A stretch of DNA of 64,000 bases from a candidate division FCPU426 bacterium (GCA_963719085.1 CAVRAL010000004.1:32001-96000); one strand, 5' to 3'; numbered from the stretch's first letter, positions 10,082-19,087 are shown. The notes: generated by a model not told the origin, from the letters alone. Translations and numbers: made by a program.

Positions 10082-12117
10082 TCGGCCGAAGGCTGGGCCG
10101 CCGGCGCCGAGGACTGCTGCGGCCCCGCGGGCGCGGCCGTCGTCTGACCATAAAGATCGAGCCAGGCCTTCAATTGGGTATCCGTGGGATTCAGGCTATA
10201 AGACTTTTGGAAAGCCGTAATGGCGTCGTTTTTATCCCCCAACTGCAGGTAACAATCGCCCGCCCTGCGGTACGCTTCCGCGTTTTGCGGTTCGGCCTCG
10301 ATGGCCGCCTGGAAGCGTTCCAAAGCGCCCTTGAAGTCTTTCGCCGCGAAGAAAGTCATGCCCTGTTGGATGAAATCGGCCGCCGTGGCGATGGTCTCCC
10401 CCGTCACCTGAAGCTCAACCCGCCTGTTTTTCGCGCGGCCCTCCACCGTGTCATTGGAAGCGATCGGCTGGGTATCGCCCATGCCCTTCACCGACAAACG
10501 CCGGGCATCAATTCCGGACTGAACCAAATAATCCTTCACCGCCTCGGCCCGCCCTAGGGAAAGTTCCTGGTTGTCTTTGTACTTGCCCCCGGGCGCGACC
10601 GCCTGGTTGTCCGTGTGGCCGATGATGGTGATCCAGCTGTCCGGATATTTTTTCTGAAGGGCCTGCACCGCCTGCTGGATCGAGGTATAGCCCCGCTCCA
10701 TCAGCACGTCTTGCCCGGAATCAAACAAAAGGTCCCCGGCGATATTTTGGCTGTAAGCGAAAGGAATCTTCTTGGGGATATGGATCATCCGCACGAAAAC
10801 GGCCCGGGGATCGGATTGGCCGATATTATCGTCGTCATCCTTGATCTGGAAACTCATCATGTATTTCCCCTCGGGAACCTGGGCGCCGGTGGGAAGCGAT
10901 CCGTCCCAATAAAAACTGGAGGGCGGAACGCCCTTGCCTGACAGCATTTTGATGACTTGACCGTTCATATCCGTGATGGCGGCGCGCCAGCCGTCGATCG
11001 GTTCTTGGCTGACTTCGCCCAAGGTCACTTTCAGGGTTTGACGGCCCAAATAAAATTCCGGAGGCGCCGTGATGGAAGCCGTGGGCGGTGCTTCCCCGCC
11101 CGGCATCAGGATATTGAGGGTGATCCGGTGCGTGTCGCCGAGGATTCCGTAAGGCACGAAAGCGTAATCCAACCCCGCCTGGACGCCCACGAACTGATGG
11201 GTCAAGCCGATGCCCATGGTCATTCCGGCCAAGGAGCCCAAATCATTATTCACGGTGGAATAGCCCGCTCGAAGCGCGATGCTGTCTTTTCCAAACCGCA
11301 ATTTATATTCAGCGCCCAGGTTAAATTTCAAACCGGTGTCGATATAGCCCGTCGTCCCGGCGGCTAACAGCAGGTAATCTTTTTTGTCCAGGAGCTTGGT
11401 CAACTTATAGGAAGCGCCGAATTCATAGCTGAGCGGTTGCCCGTAATTTTCGATGCTGGTCCCGACATTCAACAAGGTCGCGCCCAGATAAAACTTTTTG
11501 TGTTCCAACTCATAAAGGTAACCCAAGTCGAATGAAAGCCCCGCGTTGCCGAACTGCACCACGTTTTGGCCCACCACGGTCATCCTCAAACCGATAATGG
11601 ATTTTTGGAAAAAGTCGCCGCCGATCCAACGGCCCAGGCGCTGGGCGTAAGCCGCGCTGCCGGCGAAATCCGAGGCGCTCACCTGGCTTCCGATACCGCC
11701 GTACTGACCCGTGGGCGTTTCCAAGGAACTGGCGAAGGATCCCGTGCCCAGGTAGGACAAGCTGCCGCCAAAGGCTCCGTCCATATCGATATTTTGGGTG
11801 AAAGCGAAAAACTCGCTGTCCACGCCGTCAATCCACTCAGCGTGAGTCAATGAAAATTGCGTCCCGTCGGCCAGCACCAAGCCCGCCGGGTTCCAAAAAA
11901 TGGCCGTGGCGTCGTCGGAGACCGCCGTAAAGCTTCCGCCCATGGCGGAGGCCCGGGCTCCCATTCCGATTTTCAAAAAGTTGGTGCTGGTGCTTCCCGC
12001 GCCTTGCGCGTTTGAAAAAGAAGGCGAGGCCATAAAGGCTAAAAGCAGTATCCCCGCCGGGCCCAGCACGCGGCGCGGTAAAATCCGGGATAGGTTAGAA
12101 GGACAAATGGATTTCAA
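10078..12117 (-). CDS. PorV/PorQ-family outer-membrane barrel fused to FlgD-Ig-like, OmpA-like and TPR domains
   Basis: Signal peptide; FLKIGMGARASAMGG...DATAIFWNPAGL (PorV/UPF0164-like); YWDG...VPEGKY (FlgD-Ig); IGHTDN...NQELSLGRAEAV...GRAKNRRVE (OmpA_C); terminal TPRs. Confidence 0.8.
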   Translation of the reverse strand: MKSICPSNLSRILPRRVLGPAGILLLAFMASPSFSNAQGAGSTSTNFLKIGMGARASAMGGSFTAVSDDATAIFWNPAGLVLADGTQFSLTHAEWIDGVDSEFFAFTQNIDMDGAFGGSLSYLGTGSFASSLETPTGQYGGIGSQVSASDFAGSAAYAQRLGRWIGGDFFQKSIIGLRMTVVGQNVVQFGNAGLSFDLGYLYELEHKKFYLGATLLNVGTSIENYGQPLSYEFGASYKLTKLLDKKDYLLLAAGTTGYIDTGLKFNLGAEYKLRFGKDSIALRAGYSTVNNDLGSLAGMTMGIGLTHQFVGVQAGLDYAFVPYGILGDTHRITLNILMPGGEAPPTASITAPPEFYLGRQTLKVTLGEVSQEPIDGWRAAITDMNGQVIKMLSGKGVPPSSFYWDGSLPTGAQVPEGKYMMSFQIKDDDDNIGQSDPRAVFVRMIHIPKKIPFAYSQNIAGDLLFDSGQDVLMERGYTSIQQAVQALQKKYPDSWITIIGHTDNQAVAPGGKYKDNQELSLGRAEAVKDYLVQSGIDARRLSVKGMGDTQPIASNDTVEGRAKNRRVELQVTGETIATAADFIQQGMTFFAAKDFKGALERFQAAIEAEPQNAEAYRRAGDCYLQLGDKNDAITAFQKSYSLNPTDTQLKAWLDLYGQTTAAPAGPQQSSAPAAQPSAD

Positions 12118-12155
12118 GTGGATTTAAACCCCTGAATTGATCTGGTTCAAAATAA

Positions 12156-14603
12156 TTATTCGTTGATAAACAGCAGCTTCCCCCGCAATAGAACCTGTTT
12201 TCCGTTTAGAACAATGTAATAGTATATGCCCGATGAGACCAAACGGCCCTGTGGATTGGTGCCGTCCCAATAGGCCCAACCAGCCACTTCCGCAGATTTA
12301 TACACCAATTCCCCTGATACCGTATAGAAAGAAACCGTCGCTCCCGGCGGCAGCCCGGAAACCTTCAGCTTTCCATTGACCGCGTATTTGGGGTTAAAAG
12401 GAATGGGCCAGATTTCGATGGGCGTCACCGGCGTATTGGTCGCCGTGGGCGGCGGCGGGGTAGCTGTCACCGTCGGGGTCAGGGTCTGGGTCGGGGTGAA
12501 TGTGAAAGTCGGCGAGGAAGTCATGGTCGCGGTGGGGCTGGGCGTCATGGTCAGGGTCGGTGTTTGAGTGGCCGTGATGGTCGGCGTCGCCGTAAAGGTC
12601 GAGGTCGGACCCACGGTGGGGGTATCGGTCGGCGTGGGGGTGTTGCAGGACCCCGTTACCGTCAGATTAACGGTATTGGAAACCGTGGTGGGCGCCGTCA
12701 GGGAGCTCATGGAAAACTGGTTGGAAATGGGACCTGGACAGGCAACCAAACCCCACCAATTCAGCGCCGTTGTTTGGGACAGCACGGTTCCGGGGAAGCT
12801 CCAGCTTAAGGCCGGCGCCCCCGTGGCGGGGGAAACGTTGGAGCCGACATAAGTAATGTCCGAAGGCACGGCGTCGTTCACTTGATAATTGATGATGGGT
12901 CCGCCGCTATAAACCTGCAAGTTGCTGAAATAACCTGTGCCAGCCGTCTCATCCACTTGCCAACCCTGCAACCATCCACCCGAACAAGTCGGAATCGGGG
13001 CCGTGCTATCGATATAAGTAAGTGTGCCGACCAAGGAAGGATTATTGGCAGGCCAAACCTTAGCGGTATAAGTCACGCCGCCACTGCCTGAAAACTGAAC
13101 GTTCACATTGACCGTATACCATACGCCGGGGGTAACCGTAAAAGGAAGTGTGTTGGTACCAGCCGGAGTGGGATAAAGAGTCCCGTTGTAAATGTTGTTC
13201 TTTTGGATGAAAAGGTAGGCGGGACTGCTGTCCAAGGAAATCGCCGCCTTAAGGGTGATGCCCTGCGAACCATTGACCGCCAGGATCATATGGTCGTCGG
13301 CGCCTCCACCCACCGTCACCCCTTGGGCCGTCACTGGAATTTGCAAATCACCTTGAACCGTAAAACCATCGCAAATATTAATTCCGGGTCCATTGCGGAT
13401 CAGCGCGGGATAGTCGCCCCCGCCCCCGCCTGAATTGAAGGTCGATACCTTGCCCTCAATGAAATGATTGCCCGAAGCGTCCGTATCCACCTGCCAAGTT
13501 CCCAAATCGCCCGTGGAAGCCGCGTATTGGGTATAAAGCGTTCCATCGTAACCGGCGATGGAGCCGTTGGAAACGCCTACCGTGTCGTTTTTGTAGGAGT
13601 CATAAATCTGCAAACTGCTGCCTAATGCGTCCCAGCTCAAGGTATAGGTCACCGTACTGTTAGCGGCCGCTGAAGTCGCGGATTCACTTTTGGTTAAAAC
13701 CATTTGCGGCGGTTGCACCACAACGGTCACGGGATTGCTGGGAGTGGTGGAAACTTGGTCGCTTAATCCGGAAGCGGTATTGGTAATCAGGCTTCCGCTC
13801 ACCGCGCTCGAATTGACTTGAGCCAGGAACCAGGCGGTTCCGGTGGCGGCGGCCCCCGCTACCGCGGGCCCAATGTTCCAGGTCATGACGCTGCCTGGCG
13901 TGGTGCCGGTGGAAGAGCCTCCGGGGCCCACTTGAACCAGGGTCGTATTGGCCGGCACGTTGTCGCTCAACACCACGTTGGTCGTGTTGACGTAAGTGTA
14001 ATTTAAGTTAAAAAGAATCAAACTATCCGGCGCGGCGATGGTAGCTCCCACGCTTTTGGTGATTGAAATAGCGGCCGGAGGGAGCGGAATGGTAATCGTG
14101 GTGTAGGTGGTGGCGTTCCCTGCCTGGGCGCAGCTGACGTAATAGCCTTGTTCTTCCACGATCAAATTGTAAGTGCCGCCGGGTTCGCTGGCCGGAATCG
14201 TGACATTGAAAACCTGAGTCGCCGGACAGGCCGCCGTTCCCGCCGTGTTCACGCCTTCCCAACCCTTACCCGAATCAGTAGTGTCCGCCACGCTGGAACT
14301 CACGGGGCTGGTTTGGGTCGGGGTTGTGTTGGTGTCGACCAAAAAAACCTGGTTAGCGGCGGGACAGCTTTGGACCGTGGTGAAATTCGGGTTGAGCGCC
14401 ACGTGGAAACAAGGCTGATCAAAAGTACCGTCACAATAAACAATCGTCACTCCGACTACCGATCCCGCCAGAGGAGTGCTGTTGGAAACCGAAATGGAGC
14501 TAAAAGTAACCGCCGCTCCGAATGAGTGGGCGCTGAACGAAAATAAAAAGAAAACAGCCAACACCGTTGTTCGGGACAAAGTTTTATGGAAAAGGAAGTT
14601 CAT
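12156..14603 (-). CDS. Secreted multidomain protein: DUF11-like domains, Thr/Pro linker, T9SS-like C-terminal domain
   Basis: Signal peptide; ITKSV...LSDNVPANTT and LTKSES...VTYTL (DUF11-like); TPT linker; WPIPFNP...FYTVSGELV...WDGTN...VSSGIYY C-terminus. Alternative start 14663. Confidence 0.75.
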   Translation of the reverse strand: MNFLFHKTLSRTTVLAVFFLFSFSAHSFGAAVTFSSISVSNSTPLAGSVVGVTIVYCDGTFDQPCFHVALNPNFTTVQSCPAANQVFLVDTNTTPTQTSPVSSSVADTTDSGKGWEGVNTAGTAACPATQVFNVTIPASEPGGTYNLIVEEQGYYVSCAQAGNATTYTTITIPLPPAAISITKSVGATIAAPDSLILFNLNYTYVNTTNVVLSDNVPANTTLVQVGPGGSSTGTTPGSVMTWNIGPAVAGAAATGTAWFLAQVNSSAVSGSLITNTASGLSDQVSTTPSNPVTVVVQPPQMVLTKSESATSAAANSTVTYTLSWDALGSSLQIYDSYKNDTVGVSNGSIAGYDGTLYTQYAASTGDLGTWQVDTDASGNHFIEGKVSTFNSGGGGGDYPALIRNGPGINICDGFTVQGDLQIPVTAQGVTVGGGADDHMILAVNGSQGITLKAAISLDSSPAYLFIQKNNIYNGTLYPTPAGTNTLPFTVTPGVWYTVNVNVQFSGSGGVTYTAKVWPANNPSLVGTLTYIDSTAPIPTCSGGWLQGWQVDETAGTGYFSNLQVYSGGPIINYQVNDAVPSDITYVGSNVSPATGAPALSWSFPGTVLSQTTALNWWGLVACPGPISNQFSMSSLTAPTTVSNTVNLTVTGSCNTPTPTDTPTVGPTSTFTATPTITATQTPTLTMTPSPTATMTSSPTFTFTPTQTLTPTVTATPPPPTATNTPVTPIEIWPIPFNPKYAVNGKLKVSGLPPGATVSFYTVSGELVYKSAEVAGWAYWDGTNPQGRLVSSGIYYYIVLNGKQVLLRGKLLFINE

Positions 14604-14858
14604 AAGCCGATTTTTCACCCGTGAATTGAAAACGTTTTTATGTTTAAACCGGTAAAACCCCAAGTTTGGATGCGCGGAACATCCGTATTGATAAATATAG
14701 CACTTTTTCGTGAATTTAGTAAAAGGTTAAAACAGAGGGTAATTGGGACAAAGCATGGTCCGACTACCTAAAACGCTCGGGCTTTCCCATGAATAAACAA
14801 TTAGGTAATTTTCAGGGAATTAGCCGTCAGTTACCCTAATAACGTAAACAAAGCCGGC

Positions 14859-16445
14859 TTAGGTCAAGAAAGTCGGCTTGTAGCCGATCTTATATTTTTT
14901 AAGCCGGTAGCCCAATTGCCGCGGCGTGATGCCGAGGATCTTGCAGGCTTTCGCCTGAACTCCCCCGCATCGCTCCATGGCGTCCATCACCTGTTTCTTT
15001 TCAAGGTCCGCCAAGGTGCCATCACTTTTCAATCCGGCCGCCGGGACTTCCTCTTTGACATCCTCAACTTTCCAAGAAAGGCTGGTGTTGTAGGCATTCA
15101 AAGGCAAGGGAATATCCTCGACCGTAAGAAGGTCGGATTTCGACATGACGGCCATCCGCTCGATCGTGTTTTCCAGTTCCCGCACATTACCGGGCCAATG
15201 GTGATTCACCAACTTCGCGATCACTTCGGGCGCCAGCCGGAACCGTCCCTTGTTTTCCGCGTTATATTTATGAAGGAAGTGGTTAAGAAGAAGCGGGATG
15301 TCGTCTTTGCGTTCCCGCAAGGCCGGCAGGAAGATGGGAACAACGTTCAAGCGGTAATAAAGATCCTCGCGGAACTTGCCTTCGCCGATGGCCCGCTCCA
15401 AGTTGCGGTTGGTGGCGGCGATGATGCGCACGTCCACCGAAATCGTTTTGCCGCCGCCCACCCTCTCAAATTTTCTTTCCTGCAGCACCCGCAATAATTT
15501 CACCTGGGTCGCCAGCGAGATGTCGCCGATCTCATCCAAAAACAAAGTGCCGCCGTCCGCCAACTCAAAACGGCCCTTTACCAAGTCGGAGGCGCCGGTG
15601 TAGCTTCCCTTCTCGTGGCCAAAAAGCTCGCTTTCCAAAAGGGTCTCGGGCAGTGCCGCGCAAGAAACTTTGATGAAAGGCTTGTCTGCGCGCGGGCTAT
15701 TGTAATGGATGGCCCGGGCGATCAGTTCTTTGCCCGTTCCCGACTCGCCCCGAATGATGACCGTACTGCGGGTGGCCGCGACTTTTTGCACCGACTTATA
15801 AACTTCCACCATCAACTTGGATCCGCCCACCACATTTTCCAAACGATAACGGCCGCGAAGCTCGCTGTGCAGTTCCCGATTTTCTTCCATCAACCGGTCT
15901 TTTTCCTTCTCGATCATTTGGTGGATTTTAAGATTCTGGCCGATCAGGGAAGCCACCACGGTCAGCAAGCGCACATCCTCGTCAAAGGCCACGTCCGCGT
16001 CCTTAAAAAGCCGATCCACGGACAAAACCCCCAAAGTCTCGCCCTTGACCTTGACGGGAAGGCATAAGAAAGAAACGTTTTGGCGTTTGACGTCGCCGCG
16101 GGATTTGGTGCGGTTGAGGAAAAGCGGTTCCTTCCCGATGTCGGGAATAATCATGGGCTCGCCCTTTTCCACGACCTTCCCGGTGACGCCCTCGCCGATC
16201 TTGTATTTTCCCCGGGAGATTTCTTCCTTGGTCAAGCCGTGGGCCGCCACGATGCTCAACTGGCCCGTTTCCTTGCTGAATAAAGTCACCGTGCCCCGGT
16301 TCATCTCGAGCTTTTTGGAAAGAATTTCCAATATTTGGTTTAGCACCAATTTAAAGTCGAGCGTGGAGGCCATGGCGTGGCTGATTTCGTAGAGGGCGGT
16401 TAGTTCTTGGATTTTGCGCACAAAGCGTTTTTGGTTTTCAGCCAT
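14859..16445 (-). CDS. NifA-like sigma54-dependent activator (GAF-AAA+-Fis HTH)
   Basis: GAF domain, Walker A GESGTGKE, ESELFGHEKGSYTGA, Walker B LFLDEIG, FREDLYYRLNV, C-terminal HTH. Confidence 0.9.
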   Translation of the reverse strand: MAENQKRFVRKIQELTALYEISHAMASTLDFKLVLNQILEILSKKLEMNRGTVTLFSKETGQLSIVAAHGLTKEEISRGKYKIGEGVTGKVVEKGEPMIIPDIGKEPLFLNRTKSRGDVKRQNVSFLCLPVKVKGETLGVLSVDRLFKDADVAFDEDVRLLTVVASLIGQNLKIHQMIEKEKDRLMEENRELHSELRGRYRLENVVGGSKLMVEVYKSVQKVAATRSTVIIRGESGTGKELIARAIHYNSPRADKPFIKVSCAALPETLLESELFGHEKGSYTGASDLVKGRFELADGGTLFLDEIGDISLATQVKLLRVLQERKFERVGGGKTISVDVRIIAATNRNLERAIGEGKFREDLYYRLNVVPIFLPALRERKDDIPLLLNHFLHKYNAENKGRFRLAPEVIAKLVNHHWPGNVRELENTIERMAVMSKSDLLTVEDIPLPLNAYNTSLSWKVEDVKEEVPAAGLKSDGTLADLEKKQVMDAMERCGGVQAKACKILGITPRQLGYRLKKYKIGYKPTFLT

Positions 16446-16539
16446 GATTTCCTCGAAAACGGGAGATGGAAGCGCCCATAAGAGAATCGGGACTTTTTTG
16501 TCGAAATGTTACACTAATGGGTAGTGGGTCAATTTGAAT

Positions 16540-17382
16540 TTAATGTACATTAATGTAGCGTTTTGTCAAAGTCAACAGAACGGTTAAATCCCACACAGTT
16601 GTAGAAAGTCCCGCTTTTACAGCTGGGGTAGTTCCAAGGGTCTTATGGACCCGGCAGAAGTTGTAATACATGAAGTGAAGAGAAACAGCGGCTTCAAGGT
16701 TTTCAACCTTCTTTGAGAAGCCATTTGTTTAGCGAGTGAAGCGGCGCATTCCCATCCTCATCGTTAAATTTTGGCGCTCTACGAAACTCGTTGAAATTGA
16801 CTTAATGGCAGGCTTTCCACAAATAACTTCCTTCTTTGCTCCAATGCATTCGGCAGGGCTATAGCGTCCAGTTGAAAGCGAAGTGGTTTTATAAATTTTG
16901 CGAAGAATCGAATAGTCAATATCATCCCCAAAAGCAGATTCAACCGCTTTCAAATAAGGCTTATGGGCATCCGTAGTTAGTTGGATGCGATTAGTTACAC
17001 GGCTTTTAACATCATGCATAAAGGCATGGGCCGTATCAGCGTCCCGATCTCCAACCATCCAAGAAACCATTAACTTCGTATCAGAATCCAGGGCGGTCCA
17101 GGTCCACACATCGCCATAACCTTTAACACCTTGAAATTCTTCTGGAACGTTTTTCTTTTTGGCATAGCAGAAGGCCCAAATCTCATCGCATTGGATTTTC
17201 TGGCAAAGAAGGCCCTTAACGTTTTCTAAGTGATACTGGCGGCATGCGTAACCAACATCTTCTAATAGCCGCAAAACGGTTCCCTTTGCAACTCCGGTCA
17301 TACGGCAAGTAGCACGCACGGAATTACCTTCTACAAGGCATTGGATAACTTGCGTTTGTTTTTCTGTAGTCAATTTGTTCAT
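16540..17382 (-). pseudogene. IS1-family DDE transposase with an in-frame premature TAA
   Basis: HTH, IQCDEIW, LTTDAH and FVERQNLTMR motifs. After TAA at 16729-16731 the same frame continues TNGFSKKVENLEAAVSLHFMYYNFCRVHKTLGTTPA..., the expected family C-terminus, to a TAA at 16540 next to the TIR. Confidence 0.88.
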
Positions 17383-17388
17383 TGCAAT

Positions 17389-17417
17389 AATATAGCATGA
17401 CCGCTCAAGCATGTCAA
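17389..17417 (-). promoter_or_regulatory. sigma70 promoter of the transposase with a pseudo-palindromic spacer
   Basis: TTGACA-N17-TATATT with extended TG; spacer TGCTTGAGCGGTCATGC; the -10 box lies 6 nt before the ATG. Confidence 0.75.
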
Positions 17418-17546
17418 CACAAGATTCAATCAAATCCCGTGGATTACGTGGAAACCCTGGATTATATGGTTTTTATGGTGATTGAAATGATTGTATGAAT
17501 GATTGAGTGTTGATTTTATATCAACGCTTATTCTCAATCATTGGCA

Positions 17547-17576
17547 TTGACAGGTTCTTGAGTACTAGGTTATTAT
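17547..17576 (+). promoter_or_regulatory. sigma70 promoter for the cargo operon
   Basis: TTGACA (17547-17552)-N18-TATTAT (17571-17576). Confidence 0.6.
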
Positions 17577-17611
17577 TAGGGCGGGTTGAAAAACCTGAAA
17601 TTAAAAGAAAA

Positions 17612-17740
17612 AGGCCCTGCACCCTTTGAGTTTTTGCGGACCGAGGGGTACAAGGCCTGAGGAGGTATCAAAGTGAAGATACCATATTAAGGCCTAGTCA
17701 AAAGGGGTCGGGCGTTTTGCGTCCGGCCCTGATTAGGCCT
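17612..17740 (+). ncRNA. Putative structured leader or ncRNA with three hairpins
   Basis: Stems 17612-17627/17643-17658; GGTATC/GATACC (17664-17669/17678-17683); 17690-17700/17730-17740 enclosing 17705-17714/17720-17729. G-U pairs in the last hairpin favour the + strand. Confidence 0.5.
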
Positions 17741-17798
17741 CTGTTTCATTAAATATACCATAAAAACACATAAATTCAATGATTTTCGGAGGGGCATA

Positions 17799-18263
17799 AT
17801 GGCAAAAAAAAATAAGACCAAAGATGCGCTTAGTACCGTTTTAAGTGATACGGAAAAAGAGCTTTTTGAAGCTCGTACACAAAAAGAAAAATGGGCTCAA
17901 AAAGAACAAGAGCTAGAAACGTTTGCCGTTGCTTTAAAAGCCCGGATGGGACTGCCTTCTGGTGAATCTGAAACAAAGTCTTCAATCTCCACTATTGTTT
18001 CTAGTTCCTCTTTATTAGATGCCGCAAAACCGAACGCTAAAGAATATATGAAAATGGGATTAAATGACGCTATCAAAGCTTACATGAATAGTGTTATGCA
18101 GGTGAGCAGTCCCAAAGAAATTGCTCAAGCCCTGCTTGATGGCGGTTTTATGACTTCGAGCCCCGCCAGTTTATCAACAATGGTAAGTACCGCCCTCGGG
18201 CGCATGCCCGAAGCCAAGCGTTTGGGGACTGGAAAATGGGCATTAAAAGAATGGAGAAAATAA
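17799..18263 (+). CDS. Coiled-coil plus winged-helix (HARE-HTH-like) protein
   Basis: SD GGAGG upstream; charged N-terminal coiled coil; C-terminal SPKEIAQALLDGGF...VSTALGR...GTGKWALKEW resembles HARE-HTH. Confidence 0.65.
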   Translation: MAKKNKTKDALSTVLSDTEKELFEARTQKEKWAQKEQELETFAVALKARMGLPSGESETKSSISTIVSSSSLLDAAKPNAKEYMKMGLNDAIKAYMNSVMQVSSPKEIAQALLDGGFMTSSPASLSTMVSTALGRMPEAKRLGTGKWALKEWRK

Positions 18264-18269
18264 TCTTAA

Positions 18270-19004
18270 TTGAAAACAATTCCCGGATGGCCGCCAAACA
18301 CTTTTACGGTTTGTCATATTGATGAAACTGGTTTAATAGATAAAGCCGTTCAACGTTTTTATGGAATAGGATTAGTAAAGGTAAATTCTGAGATTTTATA
18401 CGATTACTACAATGACTTATTAGATATACAAAAAAGAGTGCGGTCGGTTTTTAAAAACTTTGAAGAATTTAAATATAGTTATATTACTAACGGTGCCGTT
18501 AGTTTTTATAAGGAAATTATCGATCTGCATTTTAAATATAAAAATGCAATGTTTTGTGGCCTTGTCATTGATAAAAAACATCCCAATATGAATATCCCAG
18601 GCTATTTTAATAACGCTTGGGATGCTCACGTTCGATACTCAAAAATGCTTGTTAAAAACAATGTAATGGAGGAAGAAATAACTTATGTAATCGCGGATAG
18701 AATGGAAAGAAAAGGCAAGAGCAGTTATATTTTTGAAACGGAACTAGAAAATTTAAAACAAGTTATATTTGCGGGAATGGAAGAGTCAAAAAACAATTTA
18801 ATAATACAAGTGGCCGATATTCTTATTGGATGTGTAGTTTTAGATTTCAGGATGAAATATGACCAATTCCCTGCGGCAAAACAAAAACTAGAAGTTTTGA
18901 ATCATTTAAAATCAAAATTAAATGAACAGGATTTATCAAAAGGTAATAGTCTTTTTCATCCAAACTATTTCAGTGTTTGGCCATTTACTCCACCACATAA
19001 ATAA
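18270..19004 (+). CDS. DUF3800-family protein (putative RNase H-like nuclease)
   Basis: N-terminal HIDETG and C-terminal IQVADILIG match the DE and QxxD signature motifs of DUF3800; very AT-rich gene. Confidence 0.8.
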   Translation: MKTIPGWPPNTFTVCHIDETGLIDKAVQRFYGIGLVKVNSEILYDYYNDLLDIQKRVRSVFKNFEEFKYSYITNGAVSFYKEIIDLHFKYKNAMFCGLVIDKKHPNMNIPGYFNNAWDAHVRYSKMLVKNNVMEEEITYVIADRMERKGKSSYIFETELENLKQVIFAGMEESKNNLIIQVADILIGCVVLDFRMKYDQFPAAKQKLEVLNHLKSKLNEQDLSKGNSLFHPNYFSVWPFTPPHK

Positions 19005-19082
19005 AAAAGCGAGCTGTCAGCTAATTAGGCCGACGCTCGCTTAGTAGAAATGAAGCTGTCAGCTAATTAGGCCGACGCATCA
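19003..19082 (-). ncRNA. Putative twin-hairpin small RNA convergent on the DUF3800 gene
   Basis: Two identical 25-bp repeats (19012-19036, 19054-19078), each folding on the - strand as GUCGGC-CUAAUUA-GCUGAC with a bulged A; upstream promoter; the second hairpin ends in a U6 tract. Confidence 0.75.
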
Positions 19083-19087
19083 ACATG

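Noticed and set aside
14859..16445. Calling the activator nifA and inferring nitrogen fixation
   Set aside because: No nif genes in the window, and the architecture is shared by many non-nif regulators.
16499..16513. NifA upstream activator sequence
   Set aside because: The spacing is TGT-N9-ACA rather than N10, and no linked sigma54 promoter was found.
16729..16731. Programmed frameshift or stop-codon recoding in the transposase
   Set aside because: The downstream part is in the same frame, no slippery site is needed, and TAA is a normal stop elsewhere in the window.
19012..19078. Possible mini CRISPR array
   Set aside because: Only two 25-bp repeats with a 17-bp gap that takes part in the hairpin stems, and no cas genes. 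Better explained as a structured small RNA.
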